DNA of 64,000 nt from a virus (taxonomy: Duplodnaviria > Caudoviricetes), in IMG/VR virus record IMGVR_UViG_3300024262_000013; one strand, given 5' to 3'. Of this stretch, positions 1 through 11,086 are shown piece by piece; position 1 is the stretch's first letter, and the number at the start of each line of letters is the position of its first letter. The notes under the pieces are model-generated. The model had not been told where the DNA came from. It made no database searches and saw only the letters and a list, made by a program, of their open reading frames with translations. A program made the translations under genes and the position numbers.

Positions 1-13
1 TCCTTACTTTTCT

Positions 14-3000
14 ATGGCCGACCTACAAAAAGGTGACGGAATAGTTAATAGTGGAAGACGATTTTCTTACTCAGTATTAGACAGTACTTATAATTTAAAC
101 ATTGCACCTATTAGAGGTAATGAGAGTACAAATCTAATAGGGGAAGGATTAGCCGGTAAGGTTAAAAAATATATGTTCTCATTAGAGAATTTATCATGGA
201 GAACATCAAGAAAAAAAGGTTTTACCTACCAAGACTTACCTCATTGTGAGAGGGGACCTAATGGAGGAAGAATTATGTGGTTCCCTCCTTATGATATGAA
301 AGTTAGTGAACAAAACTCGGTTAATTGGAATACAAACGAATTTTTAGGGAGACCTGAACCGATATACACGTATAATAATACGACAAGACAAGGGTCACTA
401 AGTTGGAAAATTGTTGTTGACCACCCTTCAATATTGAATGCGATTGTTGATAAAGAACTAGCCAATCAAAGTAATAATAATAAAGTAACAAGTATTGTTG
501 ATTCATTCTTTGCGGGGTGTAGAAAGTATGATATATATGAGTTAGCATTGAGATACCCTCAGTTCACATATAGTGATATATATGAAATTATAGTTAATTC
601 ACCGGTTGCTGGTGAAGTAAAAGAAAATTTTGATATAATAAACCCTCAGGTTCCAGGAACTCAAGACCCAACGATTGAAGACTACGAACCTAAGGTTACT
701 GAAACTTCATACGATTTTGCGTATTATTTCCATAATGACGTTCCGGGTCCAAAGGACAAAAATATTACAACAAGTGATGAGACATACCAATCAACTTTAA
801 AGTCTTATATTGCTTTACAACAAGAGTATAAAAACGAATCTTCACCAGAAAATACGGTAGGTGTTGAGGAATTTTATCAAGAAAATATCTTAACAGGGGC
901 AACTAAAGGTCCTCTTTATAAAACACAACAATTTATACGGGGAGTTGGGGAAGCGTTAAACGCGGGTTCTACGGTTAAAATATTACTACAGGGTTCGGCA
1001 TCCGCACCTAATAGTACCGCATATAATAAATCATTATCGAGTAGGAGAATCGATAGTGTAACAAAATATATGTTACCACTAACTCCAGGCGGCACCACTA
1101 AAACCTTACAGCAATGGAAAGACGATGGTAAGTTTATAATAGAATCGGTTAAGTCTGGAGAGGAAATTACTATAGGTGGAGTTAATTGTACCGCCGATTT
1201 ATCTGAAGCCGATAGAACATATTCACCACAAGCCATGGCCTGCAGAAGAGTTCTATTCCATAGTGTTGTTGAAACACCTGAACCGATTCAAGAGGTTCCT
1301 GTGACTGATGAAGTAATTGTACCACCTACGGTATCTAATGATGTCGACCAAAGCACTCAAGAAGTGCCGGCAATAAAACAGCCTGAAAGGACTGAAAAAC
1401 AAAGACAAGAAGTAGCAAAAATAATTGTTAGAAAACTATTAACTGAGTGTGATTACTTCGACTTAGTAAAGGAAAGTTCCCCTATGGTATATAATGGTAT
1501 TAAGGAGAAAATAAAATACTTCCAACCAGCATTCCACTCAACAACCCCAGAAGGTTTAAACTCTAGACTCACGTTCTTACACCAATGTATCAGACCTGGT
1601 GACACTATACCTGTGATTGGGGACGATGGTAGACCAACAGAATTTAACGCTAAGAACACCTCGTTTGGTGCACCACCAATTTGTATACTTAGAATTGGTG
1701 ATTTTTATCATACTAAAATAGCAATTAATCAATTATCGATTACTTATGAACCATTAGTATTTGATTTAAATCCTGAAGGTATTGGTGTGCAACCGATGAT
1801 AGCAGATGTTAATCTATCCTTTTATTTTATTGGGGGACAAGGATTAAAGGAACCCGTTAATAGGTTACAAAACGCACTTTCATTTAATTACTTCGCAAAT
1901 ACTGAAATTTATGATGATAGGGCGGTGGTTACTGAAGATAGAACCGAGTTAAATCAAGAAATATGGGAAGCAATTGAGTCGACAGTACCATTTGGTTCCG
2001 ATAACCGACCGACCACTACAGATATACCGACTAAAGGTGTTACTATTGGTACAATTAAAACAGATGTTATCACAACCTATCCGACAACTGATATTTCTAC
2101 CCTTAGTGGTCAGACATCATTTAAAACTATAATGGCAACAGCAATCGAGGATGTTCAGGGATATACAAGCTCAATAACTGATTCACTTAATGAAGTTGCG
2201 AATAAGTACTCTATCGATGGTTTAGCTTATTTTACAGATGAAAGAGATTATGTCGATGGTAATGTTTTAGGATATTTTACTGACGGGTTCACAGGAACAA
2301 GTACTACAACTAATTTATTTGGTAAACCAAAAGAAGATGAGTTACAAACTAAAATAAATAATTTATTTGATGAAATAATTATTGATGTTAGTAATGGAAA
2401 TTCACCATTATTGAAAAACATACAGAATAAAAATTTCAGTAATGCGGATATAGACCTTTATAAGTTTAATATTATGAACTTAATAAATGAAACTAAAACT
2501 AACTATATCTCTGACTATATGAGTGTTATGTCAAAAGTTGTTAATAATCAATTAAGTTTAGTTCAGACAATTGATAGAATTAATTTTGTTATGACTAATA
2601 CCGATGGTTACGCTTCAAAGGCGAGAAATGTACAACAATCTTTAAATGCCACAGATAAGGTAGATAAGACCTCTAAAAATGTTAATAATACATATGAAGA
2701 GATGCAGGACGATATGATAACGTTAGGTACCGATTTACAGAACTACTACAACCAAATATTCACAGATAATAATAAGCTTGTTGAAAAACCATTTACGTCT
2801 GATTATTCTTTTTCGGTTGAATACCAAAGTGAAGGAATGTATTATGCCAGGTTTATGAACGCGATGTACCAAAAAATATTAAATACTAAAGAAATTATTA
2901 TTGAAAAATTATTGAATGATAGGTTAAACGGTATTAATAAATGGGTAAGGTATGTAAATAATATTGTTGATGACTTAAATAAAGACTACGAAAAAGTTCA

Positions 3001-3223
3001 GAATAAGACTGAAAGAGAATTAGATAGATTTAGTAAACGTAGTTCAGTTAGAAAGTTTAACGACTATTCGCCATTTACTAAAGAAAAAGAAAGAATATTT
3101 TACTATATAGACGTTCCTCTAGCGAATATCAATACAGTTAAAGACGGATACTTCAATAATTTATACTCAGGACTAAATCAGGGTGGTAAGAACTCGTTTA
3201 ATGGAAAAAATACGTTTAATTAA
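14..3223 (+). CDS. Baseplate/tail-tube-initiator-like structural protein with an inserted OmpA-like domain (probably 5'-truncated)
   Basis: The frame is open to the window edge. WFPPY..SE..SVNW...EFLGRPEPIYTYNNTTR and FGAPPICILRIGDFYHTKIAINQLSITYEP resemble tube-initiator/CIS-tube-like segments. The central GSASAP...YNKSLSSRR...CRRV is OmpA_C-like. It lies directly upstream of LysM-like and hub genes. Confidence 0.6.
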   Translation: MADLQKGDGIVNSGRRFSYSVLDSTYNLNIAPIRGNESTNLIGEGLAGKVKKYMFSLENLSWRTSRKKGFTYQDLPHCERGPNGGRIMWFPPYDMKVSEQNSVNWNTNEFLGRPEPIYTYNNTTRQGSLSWKIVVDHPSILNAIVDKELANQSNNNKVTSIVDSFFAGCRKYDIYELALRYPQFTYSDIYEIIVNSPVAGEVKENFDIINPQVPGTQDPTIEDYEPKVTETSYDFAYYFHNDVPGPKDKNITTSDETYQSTLKSYIALQQEYKNESSPENTVGVEEFYQENILTGATKGPLYKTQQFIRGVGEALNAGSTVKILLQGSASAPNSTAYNKSLSSRRIDSVTKYMLPLTPGGTTKTLQQWKDDGKFIIESVKSGEEITIGGVNCTADLSEADRTYSPQAMACRRVLFHSVVETPEPIQEVPVTDEVIVPPTVSNDVDQSTQEVPAIKQPERTEKQRQEVAKIIVRKLLTECDYFDLVKESSPMVYNGIKEKIKYFQPAFHSTTPEGLNSRLTFLHQCIRPGDTIPVIGDDGRPTEFNAKNTSFGAPPICILRIGDFYHTKIAINQLSITYEPLVFDLNPEGIGVQPMIADVNLSFYFIGGQGLKEPVNRLQNALSFNYFANTEIYDDRAVVTEDRTELNQEIWEAIESTVPFGSDNRPTTTDIPTKGVTIGTIKTDVITTYPTTDISTLSGQTSFKTIMATAIEDVQGYTSSITDSLNEVANKYSIDGLAYFTDERDYVDGNVLGYFTDGFTGTSTTTNLFGKPKEDELQTKINNLFDEIIIDVSNGNSPLLKNIQNKNFSNADIDLYKFNIMNLINETKTNYISDYMSVMSKVVNNQLSLVQTIDRINFVMTNTDGYASKARNVQQSLNATDKVDKTSKNVNNTYEEMQDDMITLGTDLQNYYNQIFTDNNKLVEKPFTSDYSFSVEYQSEGMYYARFMNAMYQKILNTKEIIIEKLLNDRLNGINKWVRYVNNIVDDLNKDYEKVQNKTERELDRFSKRSSVRKFNDYSPFTKEKERIFYYIDVPLANINTVKDGYFNNLYSGLNQGGKNSFNGKNTFN

Positions 3224-3225
3224 TT

Positions 3226-3543
3226 ATGAGATATTGGAATAGATATACTGACTTTTTGGTTAATGGACAACAGACCATCGTACCTTTCGTAAGAATACCG
3301 TCAAAACCTTCAGATAAACGGTACATCTTTAGGACAGGACGTAGTAGGTTAGATAAATTAAGTTATGAGTTTTATGAGTCACCATATTTTGGGTGGTTAA
3401 TTTTAGCTGCGAATCCACAATACGGTGGTTTAGAGTCTAATATTCCTGATAACGCACTTTTATTCATACCTTTTCCGTTAACAAACTCGTTACAGGATTA
3501 TAAAGCGGCTGTTGAAAATCACTTCTTCTATTATGGCAGATAA
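3226..3543 (+). CDS. LysM/tail-protein-X-like baseplate protein
   Basis: 105 aa with RLDKLSYEFYESPYFGWLILAANPQ, the LysM-like pattern of tail X/gp53-like proteins. It sits between tube-like and hub genes. Confidence 0.7.
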   Translation: MRYWNRYTDFLVNGQQTIVPFVRIPSKPSDKRYIFRTGRSRLDKLSYEFYESPYFGWLILAANPQYGGLESNIPDNALLFIPFPLTNSLQDYKAAVENHFFYYGR

Positions 3544-6500
3544 TAAATTCTTTGGTAACGATAAAGTTTATGTGGAGACTGATTATGACAATGTTGTTGT
3601 GGTTGACCCAAATAAAGTTGTAAATTCTGACGGTACAGTTCAAGAACGTAACGTTAAGGCAGAGAACTTAATGACATACGCTAACTTAGAGGCTAGAGTT
3701 ATTCCAAGAACTAAACTAGCTGCCGGCTCAAATTATGGGGATAGTGTAAAAAATGTTGGGGTAGCCCAATTAAAAGTTAATTTTTTAGAGGGTAATGCTC
3801 AGAACCAAAAAGAACCTAATGTTAATTTAGGGGGTTCAATGAATGATGACCCAAAGTACTTTGACACCTCTTGGACGGACCAATTTTTTGGGCAAGACAG
3901 CAATGGTTCAACCGATATTTTTAGCGACACTAACAATGTTGATGCGCAACTACTAGGTATTACGAAAATTAATATTAAAATGAACCCCGCCTTTGTACCT
4001 ACAGTAACTATTGAAATGACTGATGTACAGGGTAGAGTACTGTTTGAAAAAGGAGATAAGTCACCTTATTCATTATTCATGAACTTACCTTACCCAATTT
4101 TTATATTAACAGTTAAAGGACACTATGGTAAAGCTATTAAGTTAGAGTTAATGTTAAAAGATTTTAACGCCAGATTTGACCCATCTGATGGTAGTTATAA
4201 AATTACCACATCATATGTTGCTAGGTCACACGCTTTTTTACAAGATACGTTATTAGACTATCTTTATACTACACCACATATGTATCCTAAGAGTTACGAA
4301 TTAGAAAATGTTAAAGGTATTCCCGCCGGAGGAACAGTGGCGATGGATAAGATAGATACGACTAAAGGAATGGAGAAAATAAAAGAAGTCTATTCTTTAT
4401 ATAAATCTAAAGGATTAATTGATGAAGATTTTCCTGAAATAACCCTGAATCAAATGAGGATGAGGTTAGAGTACTTCAATAGGTATGTCATGGAAGCATA
4501 CTCTAAAGAAGATATGTCAGTATTAAATGACGTTGTTAGTTATGAACAAGGTATCAGAACATACCGAACTAAGGTATATCCTGATATTGGTGAGAATTGG
4601 TTTAATCAGTATGTGGATTCGACATCATTATATATTTTAAATGATACCAAAGCCTCTAAGTTATATGGTTTAAAAAAAGAACTTGATGCTCAAGGACGAA
4701 GAACCGCAATTTCTAAATTAAAGATAATCGTTGATGAGGGTAATAAAACATTAAAAGATAATCCCACCTTTTACAGTCCGGGTAAATATGTGATTGAAGG
4801 TAAAGATAATCCATCGAAGATATCAGTTAATATTAAAGCTAGTGATTTTATAACTAATATCACGGACCCAAGCGTTATTAATTATAAAGATACGTATATT
4901 GGACGAAACGGTAATGTCCCAACTGAAACCCAATTAGCGGATTTTGAGTTAAAACTTAAAGCGGAATTTGCGGTTGCGTCAAAAAGCTATAAAGTAGGTC
5001 CTGACGGAGAATTACAAGAAACGGAAAACCCATCAGTCTTAATTTCATTTGGTAATGTAATTAAAGATAAAAACTACATGAATGGAAGTTTCTTAGCTAA
5101 ATTAGCCAAAATTGAGAGTACATTCAAGGAGAAAAGAGAAACTATTGAAAAACAATTATCAGAAGCCTTAGCGAAAAAAATAATATCATCTGATGTAGGT
5201 TTAGGATTTAATCCTACCATGAACAATGTTTTGGCCGTTATATGTGCAAATGCAGAGGCGTTCTATAGGTTAATGGATAATACCCATACCGACGCTTGGG
5301 AGGTTAGAACTGACCCTGTAAGGTTAAGTGCTATCATACCTCCTGAGAAATCTTTTGGTGTTGAGGGTAAAAATTCATTAAAAACAGTTACTGTAGGTGG
5401 ATTAGGTGATACATTAGAAAATCCTCAAATCGTTTACCCTTGGCCTCAATATTTTGAAGAGGAAGTAACCAAAGAAGGAGACTCTAAATATGTTTTAAAG
5501 TATCCCGGGCAAGAAGATGTCATAAACACAATCCAAGGATACGATTATAGTATATGGCCAGAGATACAATTTGTTGAGGAATACCTTACCGCGTCATTAG
5601 AACGAGATAAACCTAAAATTAATATTAATTATGGTAACGAAACTCAAGTTTCTAAATATATTGGTATAAATTCTGTGGAGTTTCCATTTGAACATACCCC
5701 ATATAGTAATGAAGAGTTTGTTTCATTTTTTTACGAAATATATGAAAGAACTTATTTAGGGGCTAACTATACTAAGGTTATAAGAAATAATAATTTTAGA
5801 AAAACATTATATAATGTATTAGCTGATTTTGAATCTGTCAACATTAAGGATGGTTTAGATAATATTCCTGAATTAATGAAAATATTAAAGGAGTTTAAAT
5901 TTAACGCGTCCACATTTAATCAATACCTACTATCTATTTCAAATAACGGGGAAGGTAGTTATTACGCGAGAAAATCAAGAGATATTTTTACTCAGGACTA
6001 TATCAAAGGTTATATGGATGTTGATTTCGGCATTTATAGTATCGAAAGTATGAATTCAAATTCAATGGAAATTGTGTCTTCAGTGGATTCAGTAAAAGAT
6101 TTAGAACAATATATTACAAGTTCATCATCAAACGCAACAACACTAATGGATGTGTACCCATTTAATAACTTAATTTGGTTACAAAAAAATACCTCAAAAG
6201 GTACTTCGGTGGGTAGTATTGAAAAGGCAAATGGTACTGAAAGTGTTATGAATTTTAATATACTTAAAAAAACTATCGCGACATTTGATGACCAATCTGA
6301 TACCGATGAGAGGTATAATAATAGTTATATGACTTATTTTCAGTATGAAAAAAATTACCCATCAAACCCCAACCAAAACACGTCAAATAATAGTGATAGT
6401 ACTCAGTATGAAACAAATGCTCAGTCGATTGTTTACTACAATAATCGAGAAAATAAAGATTTTTATTTAACTGAGGGAAGTTTAAATTATGGTACGGACT

Positions 6501-9500
6501 ATAATGGAGCGACTAATAACCTAACATCAACACAGACAACATCACTTTTAAATACCCCTTATTTTACTAACGCATTATTAAAAGGTGTGTCGGGTGAAAC
6601 TAATGGTAATGTTAATCCATATGTTGGTTTAGGTTACCTTTATTTAAACTCACTTCCATTACCAACACTAAGCGAAAAATATTTAAGTCGAAATGAAAGT
6701 GAGGCGGGTGTTACAACAACTAAATGGGGGGATAACATATATGCGGGACTAAGTAAATTTGCGGCAATACATAAGATACCCTATCTTTGGTTATTAAAAT
6801 ACGGTTCAATATGGCATAGATATAAAGAGGATAAAAATGGTAATGGTGATATATTAAATGATATATGGGGGGATTTTAATTATGTTAACGCGTATGACCC
6901 GATTACCAATAATATAAATAAAGTATATGACATTCAAAACTATACTGGTGGTTCAACGACATACGTACCTCAAACAACTTTAACTACAACTGTTAGTGGT
7001 GTTACAACAGATTTTCAATTCACTAATAATGGTTTTTACCCTAAAGTGGTTAACGATACTTATAAATTTTTTACTGGTAAATCACCCCTAATCAATTATA
7101 GTAATAGTGAAATGAATGACCTTTTTAATAACGGTAATTTTAAATTAGGTAAATCACAAAGTAATATTTTATCTGCGGGGTATGACCCAAGTAATACAGG
7201 TAAGACCATGCAATATAGTAGTTACTTCCAATACTTTGATATTGAAGGTAATACAAGTTTTGATTTTGATATGGGCGGACCATTAGATTTAATGACTGGG
7301 AACACGGCAACCAATAGTAGTAAGATGTTAATAATACCATCGTCAGGGTATTTAAAATTTACACAAGCACAAAGAGAATGTTTAAATGCACAAGGTAAAT
7401 TAACTCAAAATATTGATATTAATAACAAGTCTATTCAGAATGGGAATGTTAGGTCATTATGGTCGGCCTCAAATAACGGTTACTTTAATAACCAATGGGT
7501 TAAAAAGCCAAAGACTACAGAGTATATCAAACTTATTGATAACGATAAAAATCAACAAAATGCGTTTAATTTAATTAATACAAGTAGTGATGATGACTAT
7601 AAATCTATAGAAGAAATCTTTGCAATATTTTCTAAAGAAATGTTAGATGAGTTTGAAAGACATTTCTTAAACTTCTGTAAAAAAGAAAAAGATTACAATC
7701 AGATAGTTTTTAATCCATCCGCTAAAAATGATGACGAGTATTTAGGGTCATTTAATATTGAATATGATAATAACATCGAAAGGGTGATGAAAAGTCTATT
7801 GATTATTGATAAACCTAACTTAGGTACTGATTCAGAAGACGATGCAAAGAGTATTTCGGAAAAACAAATGGAAAACTTTGTTAACTTAAATAAAACACAA
7901 ATTACTGAAAGAGATGTCGTTTTAAAGATTGGTAACCCAGGTAGGTTTAATAGAAGAGTTTTTGACTCATTCTCAACGAATGAAAAAATAGTACCTATTG
8001 ACCCCATAGATTTTAGTTATTATGTAGAAGGTACGGTACCTACGTCATCAAATGCGACTACGTTGTTAGGTAGTCAGGGTAATTTTCCTGATGTATGGAG
8101 TGAGTTATATCTAAGGGTGGGTGACTACTCTGAAAACAATATTAAGTATTCAGATAATGGGTCATACATTACGGACTTCTTTCCAACGATGGATATTAAG
8201 TTTACTAAAGAAAATGTAAGAGATTTGTCACAAATTATTAAAGTATTTGTGACAGAAAAATTTGATAACAACAACCTAACTAAAAGTGATTTTCAACAAA
8301 CCTTTGATTCGTTTATGTCTGAACAGGTTACATATCAAAATAATATGTTAAATCAGATTTTTACTACTTTAAATAAAACTTTACCCTCGGTAAAGGTAAA
8401 TAATACTCAGGTTAGAATATCTAAATTAGACGATAAGGACGGACTACTAAAGACTGAATTATGGTCAACATTTAAAAACTTTAATGATAGGTGGATATCG
8501 GGTCAAGATGTTAAAAATAAAACATTATTCGAACAATTTTTATTTCTAGATAAAGCTAATAGACCTATAGGTGATGATGTAGTTATTAATATTGAAGAGT
8601 TAAGGTATTTCTTAAAAAATTCTAATGGTAGTGCGAGTGTTTTATCTCTTATAGGTCATATTTTAGAAAAAAATAACTTCATTTTTATGCCGACACCGTC
8701 ATATTCAAATTTCTATGGTAGGAATGAAAGAGTTAAAGAAGGTATGCCTGACCCATCTTTTAGTGATATTGCTAATAATACCTTTGGAACATTTTTAGAG
8801 GTGGATACTCACACTTCTGAACCTAAATTACTAGCAATTTATGTTGGTAAAGTTTCTGAGACTATAAATACTTCACCTGAGAATCAGAATTACTTATATG
8901 GTGATGATTCGTTTGATATAACTAAACCTTCACAATCACCCGTTCGAGCATCGGAAGATGGTGTAACAAATTTTTCAAATAGAAACAAAGTAGTTGCGTT
9001 TAATGTAGATTTTGGTATACAAAATCAAAGTATATTTAAGTCTATTTCAATTGATATGGCTCAAAGAAAAAATATTGCTCCAACATTCCAAATATTGGCA
9101 AACATGGGTTCACAGGCTGACGGTCAAAAAGTGGCTCAACAATCGGTCAGTTTATATAATTTTTATAAAAGTGCCAGTTATAATTGTAATGTTACATCAA
9201 TGGGTAATGTGATGATTCAACCCACAATGTATTTTAATTTAAGATATGTACCAATGTTTTATGGTCCTTATTTAATAACTAGTGTAACTCATGATATTAC
9301 AACTAGAGATTTTGTGACTAGCTTTGAGGGTGTACGTATATCAAAATATTCGTTAAAAATGCCTGACGGGTTAATTGCTAGCGTAAATAGAGAAATTGTA
9401 CAAAACTATCTTTCTCAAGTTAGGAGAATACCAACATTGGCTGGTTCAACAGGGGATACGGTTAATAGAGCTAACTCGATTAAAAATAGTACAACTAAAA

Positions 9501-10126
9501 GTGGTAGTAAGACCGAAATAAGTGATGTCCAAAAATGTGTTGCATGTCAAAAAATAAGTAAACCATACGTTAAATTAGAAAAAACCCAATTGAATCAATC
9601 TAATTTTAAAACCATAATTAATAGTGGTACCCTCGATGATAGTGTAAAGAAATTTATTTTTGGTATTGGGTATGTTGAGAATGGGTTTAATACTGAGGTT
9701 AGAAGTGTTAACAATAACCTCTTCAATCTAAAAAATATGAAGGAAAATGCGGCGTGGACCATTAATTTTGAGGAACAAACTTGTGTTGATGATAATAACA
9801 ACGCAATACCTTATCTTTCATTTAAAACCGTAGATGAATCTGTAAGATTTATGGAAAAAGTATGTTCACAATATAGCCAAATAATTGATGCATTCTTAGT
9901 TAATTCAACTATTAATGGTAATATCTCTAAAACTTATGCCTATTTATGGTATTACACTTTTAGATTTACAACTTTTGATAAAGAATTAAGTGCTGGTAGT
10001 AATATTGATGATTCTATTATTGCATCAGTAAACCATGATTTAACCACTAATTCTCAGTCGAAACAACTTTTTGATAATGCTGAAGCGAAATTTAAAAGTA
10101 AAATAATTGTGTGGGATAACAGTTAA
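3533..10126 (+). CDS. Large baseplate hub protein (gp27/GPD-like) with a possible C-terminal glucosaminidase-like domain
   Basis: Likely start is the ATG at 3533 (MADNKFFG), not the TTG at 3512. CNVTSMGNVMIQPTMYFNL...GPYLITSVTHDI...TSFEGVR is typical of late-control-D/gp27 hubs. The C-terminus carries YVENG...NNNLFNLK. Confidence 0.65.
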   Translation: MADNKFFGNDKVYVETDYDNVVVVDPNKVVNSDGTVQERNVKAENLMTYANLEARVIPRTKLAAGSNYGDSVKNVGVAQLKVNFLEGNAQNQKEPNVNLGGSMNDDPKYFDTSWTDQFFGQDSNGSTDIFSDTNNVDAQLLGITKINIKMNPAFVPTVTIEMTDVQGRVLFEKGDKSPYSLFMNLPYPIFILTVKGHYGKAIKLELMLKDFNARFDPSDGSYKITTSYVARSHAFLQDTLLDYLYTTPHMYPKSYELENVKGIPAGGTVAMDKIDTTKGMEKIKEVYSLYKSKGLIDEDFPEITLNQMRMRLEYFNRYVMEAYSKEDMSVLNDVVSYEQGIRTYRTKVYPDIGENWFNQYVDSTSLYILNDTKASKLYGLKKELDAQGRRTAISKLKIIVDEGNKTLKDNPTFYSPGKYVIEGKDNPSKISVNIKASDFITNITDPSVINYKDTYIGRNGNVPTETQLADFELKLKAEFAVASKSYKVGPDGELQETENPSVLISFGNVIKDKNYMNGSFLAKLAKIESTFKEKRETIEKQLSEALAKKIISSDVGLGFNPTMNNVLAVICANAEAFYRLMDNTHTDAWEVRTDPVRLSAIIPPEKSFGVEGKNSLKTVTVGGLGDTLENPQIVYPWPQYFEEEVTKEGDSKYVLKYPGQEDVINTIQGYDYSIWPEIQFVEEYLTASLERDKPKININYGNETQVSKYIGINSVEFPFEHTPYSNEEFVSFFYEIYERTYLGANYTKVIRNNNFRKTLYNVLADFESVNIKDGLDNIPELMKILKEFKFNASTFNQYLLSISNNGEGSYYARKSRDIFTQDYIKGYMDVDFGIYSIESMNSNSMEIVSSVDSVKDLEQYITSSSSNATTLMDVYPFNNLIWLQKNTSKGTSVGSIEKANGTESVMNFNILKKTIATFDDQSDTDERYNNSYMTYFQYEKNYPSNPNQNTSNNSDSTQYETNAQSIVYYNNRENKDFYLTEGSLNYGTDYNGATNNLTSTQTTSLLNTPYFTNALLKGVSGETNGNVNPYVGLGYLYLNSLPLPTLSEKYLSRNESEAGVTTTKWGDNIYAGLSKFAAIHKIPYLWLLKYGSIWHRYKEDKNGNGDILNDIWGDFNYVNAYDPITNNINKVYDIQNYTGGSTTYVPQTTLTTTVSGVTTDFQFTNNGFYPKVVNDTYKFFTGKSPLINYSNSEMNDLFNNGNFKLGKSQSNILSAGYDPSNTGKTMQYSSYFQYFDIEGNTSFDFDMGGPLDLMTGNTATNSSKMLIIPSSGYLKFTQAQRECLNAQGKLTQNIDINNKSIQNGNVRSLWSASNNGYFNNQWVKKPKTTEYIKLIDNDKNQQNAFNLINTSSDDDYKSIEEIFAIFSKEMLDEFERHFLNFCKKEKDYNQIVFNPSAKNDDEYLGSFNIEYDNNIERVMKSLLIIDKPNLGTDSEDDAKSISEKQMENFVNLNKTQITERDVVLKIGNPGRFNRRVFDSFSTNEKIVPIDPIDFSYYVEGTVPTSSNATTLLGSQGNFPDVWSELYLRVGDYSENNIKYSDNGSYITDFFPTMDIKFTKENVRDLSQIIKVFVTEKFDNNNLTKSDFQQTFDSFMSEQVTYQNNMLNQIFTTLNKTLPSVKVNNTQVRISKLDDKDGLLKTELWSTFKNFNDRWISGQDVKNKTLFEQFLFLDKANRPIGDDVVINIEELRYFLKNSNGSASVLSLIGHILEKNNFIFMPTPSYSNFYGRNERVKEGMPDPSFSDIANNTFGTFLEVDTHTSEPKLLAIYVGKVSETINTSPENQNYLYGDDSFDITKPSQSPVRASEDGVTNFSNRNKVVAFNVDFGIQNQSIFKSISIDMAQRKNIAPTFQILANMGSQADGQKVAQQSVSLYNFYKSASYNCNVTSMGNVMIQPTMYFNLRYVPMFYGPYLITSVTHDITTRDFVTSFEGVRISKYSLKMPDGLIASVNREIVQNYLSQVRRIPTLAGSTGDTVNRANSIKNSTTKSGSKTEISDVQKCVACQKISKPYVKLEKTQLNQSNFKTIINSGTLDDSVKKFIFGIGYVENGFNTEVRSVNNNLFNLKNMKENAAWTINFEEQTCVDDNNNAIPYLSFKTVDESVRFMEKVCSQYSQIIDAFLVNSTINGNISKTYAYLWYYTFRFTTFDKELSAGSNIDDSIIASVNHDLTTNSQSKQLFDNAEAKFKSKIIVWDNS

Positions 10127-10151
10127 TTTAAGAAAAAGAGTAATTTGCTTA

Positions 10152-10163
10152 TATTTATAAATA
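10152..10163 (+). promoter_or_regulatory. TATTTATA phage promoter motif (palindromic TATTTATAAATA)
   Basis: Intergenic, just upstream of ATG 10171. The same 8-mer recurs before many genes. Confidence 0.55.
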
Positions 10164-10170
10164 AAAGATT

Positions 10171-10395
10171 ATGGATACTAAAACATTATTAGACCAGTAT
10201 TTGTCAAAAGACACTAGAATTACTGAAAAAAATACAGGTAACGGTTACAAAGAAGTTTGTGATTTAGACACTGGGGACTGTTATACCGTAAGAATGAGAG
10301 ATGGCCTTATAGAACGAGTTGATAATTCTATAAAATTAAATAGGACTTTAAGAGTTGAAACACCTGAAGGGGTGAAGACACTTTTAAACGGTTAA
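10171..10395 (+). CDS. Small hypothetical protein
   Basis: 74 aa ORF after the promoter motif, in the gene-dense + strand. No family recognised. Confidence 0.7.
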   Translation: MDTKTLLDQYLSKDTRITEKNTGNGYKEVCDLDTGDCYTVRMRDGLIERVDNSIKLNRTLRVETPEGVKTLLNG

Positions 10396-10407
10396 AAAAA
10401 AAACAAA

Positions 10408-11028
10408 ATGTCTGTAGATAAAAAAATATTAGAAGAAATACGTAAATATAATAATATTAACCAGTATATTTCGGAACAAGAAATACCTTTACCTGAACCT
10501 ATTGACGGTGGTGAAGAAGAAATTAGTTTAGATAGTGATGAACTTGAAATGGATGACGTACAACCGGTAGATGTCGAGTCTGACCCCGATGTTGAAGTTG
10601 TTGGTGAACCTGAAGTTGATTCAGTAAGTTCAGAAGATAGCGGTACTGAGGAATTAGATATTACCGATTTAGTTACAGCACAAAAAGATATGTCAACTAA
10701 ACAAGAAGAGTACATGGATAGTATGATGGATAGGTTAAACGACTTAACTTCTAAATTATCTGATATGGACACTATAATTACTAAGATTAACGACTTAGAA
10801 AATAAAGTTGAGAAGTACCGTCAAAAGTCTCCTGAAGAAAAATTATCGTTAAGGAGTTTAGATAGTTACCCTTACAATCAAAAGTTAACTGACTTTTTTA
10901 TGGACAAAGGACCTGACATGGAAAAAACGGGAAAAAATGAATATGTTTTAACTTCCGATGAAGTGGAGAGTTATACTGATAGTGATGTTAGGAAATCATT
11001 TGACACACCATTTGAACAAGAGTATTAA
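10408..11028 (+). CDS. Hypothetical acidic/coiled-coil protein
   Basis: 206 aa with a very acidic middle and a heptad-like C-terminal half (MDRLNDLTSKLSDMDTIITKINDLENKVEK). It is followed by a terminator. Confidence 0.75.
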   Translation: MSVDKKILEEIRKYNNINQYISEQEIPLPEPIDGGEEEISLDSDELEMDDVQPVDVESDPDVEVVGEPEVDSVSSEDSGTEELDITDLVTAQKDMSTKQEEYMDSMMDRLNDLTSKLSDMDTIITKINDLENKVEKYRQKSPEEKLSLRSLDSYPYNQKLTDFFMDKGPDMEKTGKNEYVLTSDEVESYTDSDVRKSFDTPFEQEY

Positions 11029-11055
11029 AACCCAAACACAAATATAAATAACACT

Positions 11056-11084
11056 AAAAGACCATTCATTAATGGTCTTTTTTT
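11056..11084 (+). terminator. Intrinsic terminator
   Basis: AAAAGACCATT-CATT-AATGGTCTTTT stem-loop followed by a T run, downstream of the 11028 stop. Confidence 0.85.
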
Positions 11085-11086
11085 AT

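Noticed and set aside
11043-11050. TATAAATA here and at 48425-48432 as T4-type late promoters
   Set aside because: At 11043 it points straight into a terminator. At 48425 it could be chance in very AT-rich DNA. The consistent gene-proximal orientation in this window is TATTTATA.
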